Shown piece after piece: positions 1 through 8,502 of a stretch of DNA of 64,000 nucleotides. The stretch comes from Acidobacteriota bacterium (GTDB lineage Bacteria; Acidobacteriota; Vicinamibacteria; Vicinamibacterales; UBA2999): contig JABFSA010000040.1 in the NCBI GenBank assembly GCA_013140775.1, forward strand, positions 5,182-69,181, written 5' to 3'. Made by a program: the position numbers and the translations under genes. How positions within the stretch are numbered: position 1 is the first letter of the stretch; the number at the start of each line of letters is the position of its first letter. Under the pieces are notes generated by a model. The model was not told where the DNA came from. It saw only the letters and a list, made by a program, of their open reading frames with translations, and ran no database searches.

Positions 1-671
1 CCGCGCGCGGCGGGTCGAAAGGGATTCCCGACAAGAACATTCGTCCTCTCGCGGGCCGCACGCTGCTCGAGTACGCTGCCCGCGTCGCCGCCGAGTCAGG
101 TGTCATCGATCGCATCGTGTTGTCTACCGACTCTGATCGCATTGCCGAAGAGGGACGGCGTGTCGGACTCGAGGTTCCGTTCATGAGGCCGGCCACCCTT
201 GCTGGCGACGACACGCCCATGCTGCCGGTCATCGAGCATGCCGTTGACTTCGTGGCGCAGCACGGGTGGGAGCCAGAGATCGTTGTGCTCTTACAGCCCA
301 CGTCACCTCTGCGAACGGCAGGGCATATCCAGACGGCGATCCGCGAGTTACGTGACTCGGGCGCCGACTCTGTTGTCACCGTCCTTGAACTGCCACGACA
401 CCTGTCACCGGATTACGTCATGCGCGTGGAAGACGGACGTCTCGTGCCGTTTCTGCCTGATGGGATGCGCGTGACGCGGCGGCAGGATGCCAGGCTCGCG
501 TTCGTACGCGACGGCACTGTCTACGCTTTCTGGACGAAGACGCTCCGGAATGCCGGCACCATCTATGGAGACGTGTGTCGTCCGCTGGTCATTCCAGCGG
601 AGGTGTCGATCACCATCGACTCGCCTGATGACTGGCGGGAAGCGGAACGACGAATCGCTGCGAAGGCATGA
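1..671 (+). CDS. Acylneuraminate cytidylyltransferase family protein (CMP-ulosonic acid synthetase, NeuA/KdsB-like), 5' partial
   Basis: Frame 3 is open from the window edge and reads ARGGSKGIPDKNIRPLAGRTLLEY..LLQPTSPLR. This is the classic N-terminal signature of CMP-NeuAc-type cytidylyltransferases. ORF-track entry 117..671 is its 3' part. The stop overlaps the next start (ATGA at 668). Confidence 0.85.
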   Translation, partial: ARGGSKGIPDKNIRPLAGRTLLEYAARVAAESGVIDRIVLSTDSDRIAEEGRRVGLEVPFMRPATLAGDDTPMLPVIEHAVDFVAQHGWEPEIVVLLQPTSPLRTAGHIQTAIRELRDSGADSVVTVLELPRHLSPDYVMRVEDGRLVPFLPDGMRVTRRQDARLAFVRDGTVYAFWTKTLRNAGTIYGDVCRPLVIPAEVSITIDSPDDWREAERRIAAKA

Positions 672-1798
672 CCGTCGCCGCCAGCGATCCTCTTGGCGCA
701 GTACGGAACCTGGCGGGGAAGGCATGGCGCCGCGCGCTGGCGGCGCCGCGTCATGGTGTTCGGCTGGTGCGCCGCGCTGGTCGTCTGCGTGAGCAGGCGG
801 AGGCGGCCAGGGCTGAATGGGGTCTCGAGCGGGAGATCGCCCAGGTCGCGCGCGGACGCGGCCCTATCATCGCAGGGCCGTGGCTATCCGAGGTCGGCTT
901 CGAGGTCCTGTACTGGGTTCCGTTTCTGCGATGGTTTCAGGATCGCTATCGCGTAGACCCCGAACGGATTGTCGCGATCTCCCGTGGTGGTGTCGCCGAC
1001 TGGTACGGGGGTATTGCCGGCCGGTATGTCGAGATTTTCGATCACCTCACACCAGAGGAATTCGGTCGTCGCAATCGTGAGCGCCATCAACAGCAGGAAG
1101 CGGGCGGACAGAAGCAGACGACGCCCGGCGACCTCGATGCGCATCTGATCCAGGCTGCACGGGACACACTGCGTCTCTCCGATGCGGCCGTGTGTCACCC
1201 GTCGCTGATGTATCGCCTCTTCAACCGATTCTGGTTTGGAAACAGAGCGCTGGACCTGGTACTGGCGCGCACTCGGTACGAGCCAATCCACGTGGCGCCA
1301 ATGACCGGCATAGGGTTGCCTGAACGATATGTGGCGGCGAAGTTCTACACCGGTGGCGCCGTGTCCGACACGCCCGAAGTTCGCGAGGCCCTGCGCGGCC
1401 TGGTTCGAACGGCCGCAGCACGAATGCCGGTTGTCATGCTGGACACGGGCATGACGACCGACGAGCACGAGGACTATCTCTTTCGCGATATTCCGAACGT
1501 GGTCAGCGTGAGAGAGCACCTCGAGCCGCGATCAAATCTCGGCGTGCAGACGCGGATCATTGCCGGGTCGCGGGGTTACCTCGGTACGTGCGGGAGCCTG
1601 GCGTGGATGGCGCCGATGCTCGGAGTGGATACGCTCGCTGTGTACAGCGAGGAACGATTTCTCGTCTCACACGTCTACTTCGCCGCCCAGGCGTATCGAC
1701 AGTGTGAGTCTGGCCGGTTCGACACACTCGACCTTCGAGCGGCCACCGAGCTCGAAGCGCTGGGTGTGCCCCTGGCTGCAGCTCAAGAACGCATGTGA
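668..1798 (+). CDS. Uncharacterised paralog family A, copy 1 (putative GT-B-like glycosyltransferase)
   Basis: 376-aa ORF. Shares GPWLSEVGFEVLYWVPFLRW, HPSLMY, KFY, DEH and GTCGSLAWMAPMLGV blocks with the ORFs at 5165, 6211 and 7296. ATGA overlaps on both sides. Confidence 0.85.
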   Translation: MTVAASDPLGAVRNLAGKAWRRALAAPRHGVRLVRRAGRLREQAEAARAEWGLEREIAQVARGRGPIIAGPWLSEVGFEVLYWVPFLRWFQDRYRVDPERIVAISRGGVADWYGGIAGRYVEIFDHLTPEEFGRRNRERHQQQEAGGQKQTTPGDLDAHLIQAARDTLRLSDAAVCHPSLMYRLFNRFWFGNRALDLVLARTRYEPIHVAPMTGIGLPERYVAAKFYTGGAVSDTPEVREALRGLVRTAAARMPVVMLDTGMTTDEHEDYLFRDIPNVVSVREHLEPRSNLGVQTRIIAGSRGYLGTCGSLAWMAPMLGVDTLAVYSEERFLVSHVYFAAQAYRQCESGRFDTLDLRAATELEALGVPLAAAQERM

Positions 1799-3504
1799 GG
1801 GGTGCGGCTTCAAGCGCTGCAGGAGCTGGTTCGCCCTGGTGGACGGGACGACGGATTGCTCTCGCGGCAGTTGCAGCTGCGGTCGTCGGTGCTGTCAGCT
1901 TCATCTTCAGGTTCAACACACTCGGTGGAGCGCTTGGCGGTTTCGACAACGACCACTTCATTTACCTGACGCGGACGGACATGCTGCTCTGGGGAGAGCA
2001 GCCGCTGCGCGACTTCGTGGACGCCGAGTTGCGTGGCGCGTGGCCGGCGATGAGCTATCTGGCGTCGGCCTGGGCTCAGCAGATTGGCGGCCGCACGCTC
2101 CTACCGGAGGCATACCTGTGTGCCGGAGCGCTTGCAGTGGCAAGCGCCGTGGTGTTCCTACTCGCGCTCGATTTTTCGAAGCAGTGGGTTATAGCCGCTC
2201 TGGCGGCGGCCACGACTGTGGCCATGGTTCCAAAGCTCTACAACTACCCGAAGGTGCTCGGCCTGACGGCTGCGGTGTTCGCTCTTCGACTTGCCGTCGC
2301 GTCACCGTCCACCGCCCGCCTGGCAGCACTGGCGTTCGTGACGGTCGTCGTGTCGCTCTTTCGGCACGACCTCGGTCTCTATGTGGGGGCCGCAACCCTC
2401 GTAGCGCTTGTCTTGCGCGACCCCGCACAATGGAGACAACTGATTCGACATCTTGCCATCTACACCGGGTGCGCATTGCTGTTCTTACTGCCCTCCCTGG
2501 TGTGGATTCAGTTGTACGAGGGGATTCCGTCGTATGTCCGGAACGCACTGGCAAGTGTCGCCGCGGAACAGACGCGCACACCGCTGACGCTTCCCACGTT
2601 CGACTTCGCCGTCCCGCTGTCAGAAGACAACCTGCTGTTGACCACGTACTGGGCATTCTGGGCGGTTCCGGTGCTCGCGGGATGTGTGCTCCTCGTTCGG
2701 CTGCTGACTTCCGCTGCGTCTCCTGCGGCGCGGCTCGACCGCGCGCTGGCCGGCGGGCTGCTGACGATGGGTGTCCTGGCCAATCAATCGTTTCTTCGAG
2801 CCAACCTGGAATCGCGATTCGGCGACAGCGTCGCCCCGATCGTTCTTCTGGCCGCCTGCAGCGCCGGCGTTGCCTCTGTGTGGCGGTCGCCCGCGATCAG
2901 ACGAACCGTCGCAACTCTGGTGATCGTGCTTCTCACTCAGATGCTCGCGGCTGCGTATTCGTTTTCAGCGCTCGCACTGGAACTCGATACCAGCGGGCTT
3001 TCCGATTCGTGGGGCAAGGTCGAGCGCCGGTATGCCGCTGTGCGCTCAGAGCTCGGTGCTCTGCCTCCGACAGTCTGGAGCTCGAACGTTCCAGGCGCCG
3101 AGACGGCGACGATGCAGGCCGCGGGATATGTCGCGCGATGCACCGCGCCCGACGATCGCTTGCTGGTCACCGGCGCCATCCACGAGATTCCGGTCCTTGC
3201 CCGACGACGGTTTGCCGCTGGACAGGCGATGTTCAAGCTGTCCCTCTACACCTCCGAACGAGATGAACAGCGAGCGTTGGCCAGGCTCAGGAGCCAGTCC
3301 GTGCCCATCATCCTCGCCGACGCACGTGACTACGGAGAAGGCTTTCTCGAGGATTACCCGCTTCTCGCTGGGCACGTCGAAAAGGACTACCGCAACGCGG
3401 GGACGATCGACGTGGATGATGAGCCAGGCTTTGTGGTGTTCGTAGAGAAGGACCGCATCCCCGTGCGCGAGGACGATGAGCTTCGACTGCCGTGCTTCCG
3501 TTGA
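1795..3504 (+). CDS. Uncharacterised paralog family B, copy 1 (polytopic membrane protein, GT-C-like, with C-terminal soluble domain)
   Basis: 569-aa ORF with many hydrophobic segments. N-terminal FRFNTLGGALGGFDNDHF, C-terminal CTAPDD...RRRFAAGQ...LPCFR. Paralogous to the ORFs at 3492 and 9665. Confidence 0.85.
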   Translation: MRGAASSAAGAGSPWWTGRRIALAAVAAAVVGAVSFIFRFNTLGGALGGFDNDHFIYLTRTDMLLWGEQPLRDFVDAELRGAWPAMSYLASAWAQQIGGRTLLPEAYLCAGALAVASAVVFLLALDFSKQWVIAALAAATTVAMVPKLYNYPKVLGLTAAVFALRLAVASPSTARLAALAFVTVVVSLFRHDLGLYVGAATLVALVLRDPAQWRQLIRHLAIYTGCALLFLLPSLVWIQLYEGIPSYVRNALASVAAEQTRTPLTLPTFDFAVPLSEDNLLLTTYWAFWAVPVLAGCVLLVRLLTSAASPAARLDRALAGGLLTMGVLANQSFLRANLESRFGDSVAPIVLLAACSAGVASVWRSPAIRRTVATLVIVLLTQMLAAAYSFSALALELDTSGLSDSWGKVERRYAAVRSELGALPPTVWSSNVPGAETATMQAAGYVARCTAPDDRLLVTGAIHEIPVLARRRFAAGQAMFKLSLYTSERDEQRALARLRSQSVPIILADARDYGEGFLEDYPLLAGHVEKDYRNAGTIDVDDEPGFVVFVEKDRIPVREDDELRLPCFR

Positions 3505-5177
3505 GCCGAGGCGGATCTCGACACGCCAGGTCTCATCCGTTAAGCATCCTGCTGTGCGCGGTCGTCATTGGCATGCTGGCGTTCATTTTGCGGTTCAACT
3601 CACTCAGTGGATCGCTCGGCGGATTCACGAACGACCAGTTCGTTGCGCTGAGCCGGGTCGAGATGATTCTGCAGGGCGAGCAACCGCTGCGCGATTTCGC
3701 CGACGCGGAGTTGCGGGGCGCGTGGCCCGCCCTCAGCTACGAGGCTTCGGCGTGGGCGCAGCAGATGGGCGGCCACACCCTGCTGCCCGAGGCGTACTTG
3801 ACGGTAGGCGCTCTGGTTGTGGCGCAGGTTGTGGTGTTTGCGTTGACCTGGATTGTTTCGGGACGATGGTGGCTCGCGTCACTCGCGACCGCGCTGTGCA
3901 TCGTCTCGATGCCGAGGCTCTACAGTTATCCGAAGGTCCTGATGCTCGCGTGTGGCATCGCCGTGATGCGAGCTGTGATGACAAGGCCATCGAGGTGGAG
4001 ACTGGCGCTTGCGGCGGTCCTTACAGCCGTCGCCGTCCTGTTTCGTCACGATCTCGGCGGTTACATTGCGGTAGCAATCATTGCCGGGCTGGTCGCCCGC
4101 GACCCCGGCGCATGGACGCTGGCTGGCCGCCGCGTCGGAGCCTATCTGGGTTTCACGGCGCTCTGTCTGCTTCCGTCCGCGATCTGGGTGCAGGCATACG
4201 AAGGGATTCCGAGCTACATCCGCAGCAATCTGGATGTGAGTGCTCTCGAGGCCGGCCGGTCCGAGCTCGTCAACCTGCCGATCCCAACGCTCTCGACGCT
4301 GTTCACCACTACCATCCTCGAAGTGCTGACGTACTGGGGCCTGTGGGCGGTCGCTGTCGTTGCGATGATCGTGATCGCCTGGCGAGTCCTCTCGCCAGCT
4401 GGCCGAGCGCTGACTCCAGAGGATCGCGGTTTCTCGATCGGTCTCCTGCTTCTTGGAATTGTGGGCATCCAGTTTCTGGTGAGAGAACCGCTGGATGCCC
4501 GTCTCAGCGACGCGGTGATTCCAGTCTCGGTTCTTGGAGCCTGGACTGTCACTCTTGCCCAGACGCTCACCGTTCCGATCGCTCGTCGTGTGGCGACGCT
4601 GTCGGTGTCGCTGCTCCTTGTGTGCATGGTGGCCGCGAGCGCCGTGTTCATGGGTGTTGGTCGAACCCTCAGCGACAGCGGATTGACCAGCTCTCCCGGA
4701 CGGGTGACCGAGGAGTATCGGCGGGTGCGTGAACGTCTGAGTCAGCTGCCACCGACGGACTGGTCGAATGTGGAGGCCACCGGTTCGCTGGCAGCGGCGC
4801 GATACGTGGCGGAGTGCACCAGTCCTGACGACTATCTGTTGAGCATCGGCGACACGCCGGAAGTCACCGTGTTCGCACGGCGGCGCTTCGCGGCCGGACA
4901 AGGCGTCTTCGCCAAAGGGTGGTACACGTCTGATATCGAGCAGCGCAGAGCGATCGCCAAACTGGAGTCGCAGTCTGCGCCAATCATGCTGGCCGACGCG
5001 GGATCGTACGAGTCCGATTTCGTGCCGCGGTATCCACTCGTAGCGCACCATGTGGCTGCTCACTACCGAAAGGTTGGCGAGATTCCAGACGAATCCAGGC
5101 CGCTGCTGGTGTTTGTCGATACCGCCCGTGAACCACGCGGCACCGACCCTCACTTCGGACTTCCGTGCTTCAGGTGA
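3492..5177 (+). CDS. Uncharacterised paralog family B, copy 2 (polytopic membrane protein)
   Basis: 561-aa ORF. LRFNSLSGSLGGFTNDQF ... CTSPDD ... RRRFAAGQ ... LPCFR. GTG start at 3492, or TTG at 3501 overlapping the upstream stop. Confidence 0.85.
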   Translation: MLPLSRGGSRHARSHPLSILLCAVVIGMLAFILRFNSLSGSLGGFTNDQFVALSRVEMILQGEQPLRDFADAELRGAWPALSYEASAWAQQMGGHTLLPEAYLTVGALVVAQVVVFALTWIVSGRWWLASLATALCIVSMPRLYSYPKVLMLACGIAVMRAVMTRPSRWRLALAAVLTAVAVLFRHDLGGYIAVAIIAGLVARDPGAWTLAGRRVGAYLGFTALCLLPSAIWVQAYEGIPSYIRSNLDVSALEAGRSELVNLPIPTLSTLFTTTILEVLTYWGLWAVAVVAMIVIAWRVLSPAGRALTPEDRGFSIGLLLLGIVGIQFLVREPLDARLSDAVIPVSVLGAWTVTLAQTLTVPIARRVATLSVSLLLVCMVAASAVFMGVGRTLSDSGLTSSPGRVTEEYRRVRERLSQLPPTDWSNVEATGSLAAARYVAECTSPDDYLLSIGDTPEVTVFARRRFAAGQGVFAKGWYTSDIEQRRAIAKLESQSAPIMLADAGSYESDFVPRYPLVAHHVAAHYRKVGEIPDESRPLLVFVDTAREPRGTDPHFGLPCFR

Positions 5178-6211
5178 CTGCGAACGCGTCGCAGGGCACT
5201 CTTGGAAGCAGGGCGCGGAAGCTCGTGCCGTCGCCGGTTCGTCGTGTTGCGGCGCGCTTCGTGTCGGAGCGGCGCGCGGCAGCGATTCAACGTGAACTGG
5301 CAGCCCTGGCCGCGAGGGATGAGCCCATCATGGTTGGCCCCTGGCTGGGCGAGGTCGGCTTTGAACTTCTGTACTGGGTGCCCTTCCTTCGATGGTTCAC
5401 CTATGAATATGGCGTCCCTCCCGATCGAATCATCGCCGTCGCTCGAGGGGGCAGTGCGAACGCGTGGTATGCATCGTTTGCCGGACGCACGTACGATGCG
5501 CTGTCCTTTATCCCTCCACAGGACTTCAAGCGTCGAAACCTCGATCGCAGTGGATCGCTCGGGGAGCAGAAGCAGATCGCTTCGACCGCGCTCGACGAAG
5601 AGATCATCGGGTTCGTCAGGAAGAGCGAAGGACATGACGTCGCTGTACTGCACCCATCGACGATGTACAGGCTGTACGGTCCGTACTGGTGGGGACACCA
5701 GCCGGTGGGGTGGGTCAGGAGCTTCATGAGGTTCGAGCGGCTGCAGTCTCCGCCGCTCGCAGTGGATCTGCCATCCGAGTACACGGCTGTGAAGTTTTAC
5801 TTCAACGACTGTTTCGCTGACACGCCACGCAACCGTGTCTTTGTCGAGCACACGGTTCGCGGTCTCGCAGCTGACGGACCGGTGATCTCGCTCTCCACTG
5901 GTCTTGCGGTTGACGACCATGATCCGTGCGAGCCGGACATTGCCGCAATGCAAGGCATCAGGCATCTGCTCACGCCAGACACGAACCTGCTCGTGCAGTC
6001 GGCGATTGTTGCCGGCGCTCGGAGGTTTGTCGGGACGTACGGTGGGTTTGCGTATCTGGCCCCGCTGTGCGGTGTGCCGGCCTCGAGCTACTACTCGGAG
6101 CCCGGGTCGTTCTCGTTGCGCCATCTCGATCTCATCCGCGACGTCCTTCGCACGGAGAACAGTCCTGGCCTTCTCGAGGTCACGGACGTCGGAAGGGGAT
6201 CCGGCCGCTGA
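5165..6211 (+). CDS. Uncharacterised paralog family A, copy 2
   Basis: 348-aa ORF. GPWLGEVGFELLYWVPFLRW, HPSTMY, KFY, DDH, GTYGGFAYLAPLCGV. Start is GTG 5165, or GTG 5174 (GTGA overlap with the B2 stop). Confidence 0.8.
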   Translation: MLQVTANASQGTLGSRARKLVPSPVRRVAARFVSERRAAAIQRELAALAARDEPIMVGPWLGEVGFELLYWVPFLRWFTYEYGVPPDRIIAVARGGSANAWYASFAGRTYDALSFIPPQDFKRRNLDRSGSLGEQKQIASTALDEEIIGFVRKSEGHDVAVLHPSTMYRLYGPYWWGHQPVGWVRSFMRFERLQSPPLAVDLPSEYTAVKFYFNDCFADTPRNRVFVEHTVRGLAADGPVISLSTGLAVDDHDPCEPDIAAMQGIRHLLTPDTNLLVQSAIVAGARRFVGTYGGFAYLAPLCGVPASSYYSEPGSFSLRHLDLIRDVLRTENSPGLLEVTDVGRGSGR

Positions 6212-7299
6212 TGGGTATCGGTGCGCGATGGCGCTCCAGGGCTCACCGCATTGGTGAACAGTGGACCACGTGGCGCAGTCAGTGGGAGGTCGAACGGGAT
6301 CTGGAGCAGGCCGTCAGCGGCTCCGGACCGATTGTTGTCGGGCCCTGGCTTTCCGAGGTTGGCTACGAGGTTCTGTACTGGGTCCCGTTTCTTCGATGGG
6401 TGTCCGCCGCTTATCGCGTACCAGCATCACGGTTCGTCATCCTGTCCCGCGGAGGTACTGAAAGCTGGTATCGGGATATCGGATCACGCTACGTCGAGAT
6501 CTTCGATCACATTCGCGCGGATGAACTGGTGAGCATGGCGGGAACTCGGGACTCGGGGCTCGGGACTCGGGATTCGAAATCCGTACGTCAGGCCGTCAAG
6601 CAGCGAACCGTATCCGACCTCGACGTTCATCTGGTCAGCAAAGCGGCGCAGTCCCTGGGCCTCGGCGATTCGGTCAACGTCCTGCATCCGTCACTGATGT
6701 TCCGATGGTTCGCGCCTTTCTGGTCGGGGCAGGAGACGCTCGGATTTGTCGAGCGTCATACCAGGCATGCGCGGATTCAGGCTCCAGAGATCGATCTTCC
6801 GCTCTCGTTGCCTTCCGAGTACGTGGCGGTGAAGTTCTACGGCGCTCGTTCGCTCCCCGACGATCCCTTCACGCGCACACAGGTGCGTGCGCTCACCGAG
6901 GCCTTGAGCCAGCAGCTGCCGATTGTGCAGCTCGACACCGGGTTGAGCCTCGACGACCATGCTGACTTGCGTCTGCCGACTGGTCCGCGTGTGATGAGCA
7001 TCGGCGGACTTGTTGAACCGCGCACCAACCTTGCCGTGCAGACGCGCATCATCGCCGGAGCACGCATGCTCGTGGGCACGTGCGGCAGCCTCTCGTGGCT
7101 TGGACCTCTGCTCGGTGTGCCGACCGTGCCGGTGTTCACCGACGATTCGTTCCTTCACGCCCATTTGCATGTCGCGCGCAGGGTCTACGGTCGCGTTGGC
7201 GGCGGACGGTTCTCGCCGCTCGATCTCACCGGCCTCATGGCCGCCGGCCTGACGATCGGTCGCGCCGAGGCGATTGCCGCGGAGACACTGCGCGGATGA
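6211..7299 (+). CDS. Uncharacterised paralog family A, copy 3
   Basis: The long ORF 5926..7299 was trimmed to ATG 6211, which overlaps the upstream TGA by 1 nt. GPWLSEVGYEVLYWVPFLRW, HPSLMF, KFY, DDH, GTCGSLSWLGPLLGV. Confidence 0.8.
   Translation: MGIGARWRSRAHRIGEQWTTWRSQWEVERDLEQAVSGSGPIVVGPWLSEVGYEVLYWVPFLRWVSAAYRVPASRFVILSRGGTESWYRDIGSRYVEIFDHIRADELVSMAGTRDSGLGTRDSKSVRQAVKQRTVSDLDVHLVSKAAQSLGLGDSVNVLHPSLMFRWFAPFWSGQETLGFVERHTRHARIQAPEIDLPLSLPSEYVAVKFYGARSLPDDPFTRTQVRALTEALSQQLPIVQLDTGLSLDDHADLRLPTGPRVMSIGGLVEPRTNLAVQTRIIAGARMLVGTCGSLSWLGPLLGVPTVPVFTDDSFLHAHLHVARRVYGRVGGGRFSPLDLTGLMAAGLTIGRAEAIAAETLRG
6541..6576 (+). repeat. Degenerate 7-nt tandem repeat (GGNNCTCG-like, about 5 units), including a 14-nt direct duplication, inside family A copy 3
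   Basis: ggaactcg ggactcg gggctcg ggactcg ggattcg. ctcgggactcgg occurs twice 14 nt apart. It encodes GTRDSGLGTRDS in the linker that differs from the other three paralogs. Confidence 0.7.
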
Positions 7300-8489
7300 A
7301 GATCCCCAACGTGACGCGCGCTGCGATCAACCTCGCAGGGGTTCGTCTCCGAAGAGTCGAACGACAGTGGCGTGCGGCGGAGACCGCGCTCGGTCGCATG
7401 GGGCGTCAGGCCCGACGACAACAGGAACGCCTCGTGCGTGCCCCCGAACTGGTTCGCACCCGCGTGCAGCAGGGATGCGCAGCCGTCGAGCGATCGAGAA
7501 AGAGGGTCGTACGGTTCGGCGACCATGTGGTCAGCCCGTACCGCGTCGAGCGCGGCGTCAAACGTGTGCTGGCGAGCGAGGCTGCCGGGTCGAGGCCGAT
7601 CATCGTCGGTCCCTGGACATCCGAGGTCGGCTACGAGGCGCTCTACTGGCTTCCGTTTCTCGCATGGGCGGCCGACCACTACGGCGTCAGGCCTGAGCGC
7701 CTGATCGCGTTGTCACGCGGCGGGACCGACGCCTGGTACGCGGGCATCGCGAATCGCTACGTCGAGATCTTCGATCTCGTGGACCCTGCAGAATTCGCCA
7801 GGCAGGGGGCGGCGCGCAGGGAACGCGGCGACCAGAAGCAGATGACGTTGTCGGAGTTCGACCACGAGCTCATTCGTCGCGCCACCGCCCGGCTCGGTGT
7901 GCGCGACGCAGCGGTGTGGCATCCGGGACTCATGTATCAGTTGTTCCGCGCATTCTGGTACGGCGACCGGTCACTTGATTTTCTGGTTCGCCACACGGAC
8001 TTCCGGCGCCTCCGTCGTCCGGCCGCCTCGGGCCTGTCGCTGCCCGATGGTTACGTGGCTGTGAAGTTCTATACCGGTCCAGCGCTGCCAGATTCCGAGG
8101 CCAATCGGGCGCTTCTGCTGGGTCTTGTGCGGAAAGTGGCAGCGCGAACGCCGGTGGTCATGCTCGATACGGCCTGGAGCGTGGACGAACATCGGGACTA
8201 CGACTTCGACGGAATTCCTGGTGTCACAACCATTCGCCCTTCGTTGGATCCGCGGACAAACCTGGGTCTGCAGACGCAGGTGATTGCGGGGGCTCGACGA
8301 TTCATTGGGACCTGCGGCGGGCTCGCCTGGCTTGCGCCGCTTCTCGGAGTCGATACGACGGCCGTTTACGAAGACGATCGATACCTGACAACTCATCTTT
8401 ACGCGGCGAAGTATGCGTACCGCCGGACCGACGCGGCGCGCTTGACGACGCTCAATGTGAAGGCGCTGCGCGCCGTGGAGCGGTTCTAG
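7296..8489 (+). CDS. Uncharacterised paralog family A, copy 4
   Basis: ORF 7080..8489 trimmed to ATG 7296 (ATGA overlap with the upstream stop). GPWTSEVGYEALYWLPFLAW, HPGLMY, KFY, DEH, GTCGGLAWLAPLLGV. Confidence 0.8.
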   Translation: MKIPNVTRAAINLAGVRLRRVERQWRAAETALGRMGRQARRQQERLVRAPELVRTRVQQGCAAVERSRKRVVRFGDHVVSPYRVERGVKRVLASEAAGSRPIIVGPWTSEVGYEALYWLPFLAWAADHYGVRPERLIALSRGGTDAWYAGIANRYVEIFDLVDPAEFARQGAARRERGDQKQMTLSEFDHELIRRATARLGVRDAAVWHPGLMYQLFRAFWYGDRSLDFLVRHTDFRRLRRPAASGLSLPDGYVAVKFYTGPALPDSEANRALLLGLVRKVAARTPVVMLDTAWSVDEHRDYDFDGIPGVTTIRPSLDPRTNLGLQTQVIAGARRFIGTCGGLAWLAPLLGVDTTAVYEDDRYLTTHLYAAKYAYRRTDAARLTTLNVKALRAVERF

Positions 8490-8502
8490 TGGTGAATTTC
8501 TG

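Noticed and set aside
1560-3266. 568-aa plus-strand ORF overlapping family B copy 1 in another frame
   Set aside because: The translation is Arg/Cys/Gly-rich and low-complexity, typical of an off-frame read of high-GC coding DNA. The overlapping frame encodes a conserved paralog with TM helices.
3879-5153. Long antisense ORFs opposite real genes. These include 3879-5153, 8551-9687, 20226-21059, 22963-24381, 42262-43227, 48918-50171 and 60279-61259
   Set aside because: All are shadow ORFs of GC-rich genes. Their products are Arg/His/Pro-rich with no motifs, and each is fully contained in a gene with clear family signatures on the other strand.
5926-6210. N-terminal extensions of A3 (5926-6210) and A4 (7080-7295) given by the longest-ORF track
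   Set aside because: The extensions overlap the preceding paralog's coding region and translate to Arg-rich nonsense. Internal ATGs at 6211 and 7296 give overlaps with the upstream stops and align with the N-termini of the other paralogs.
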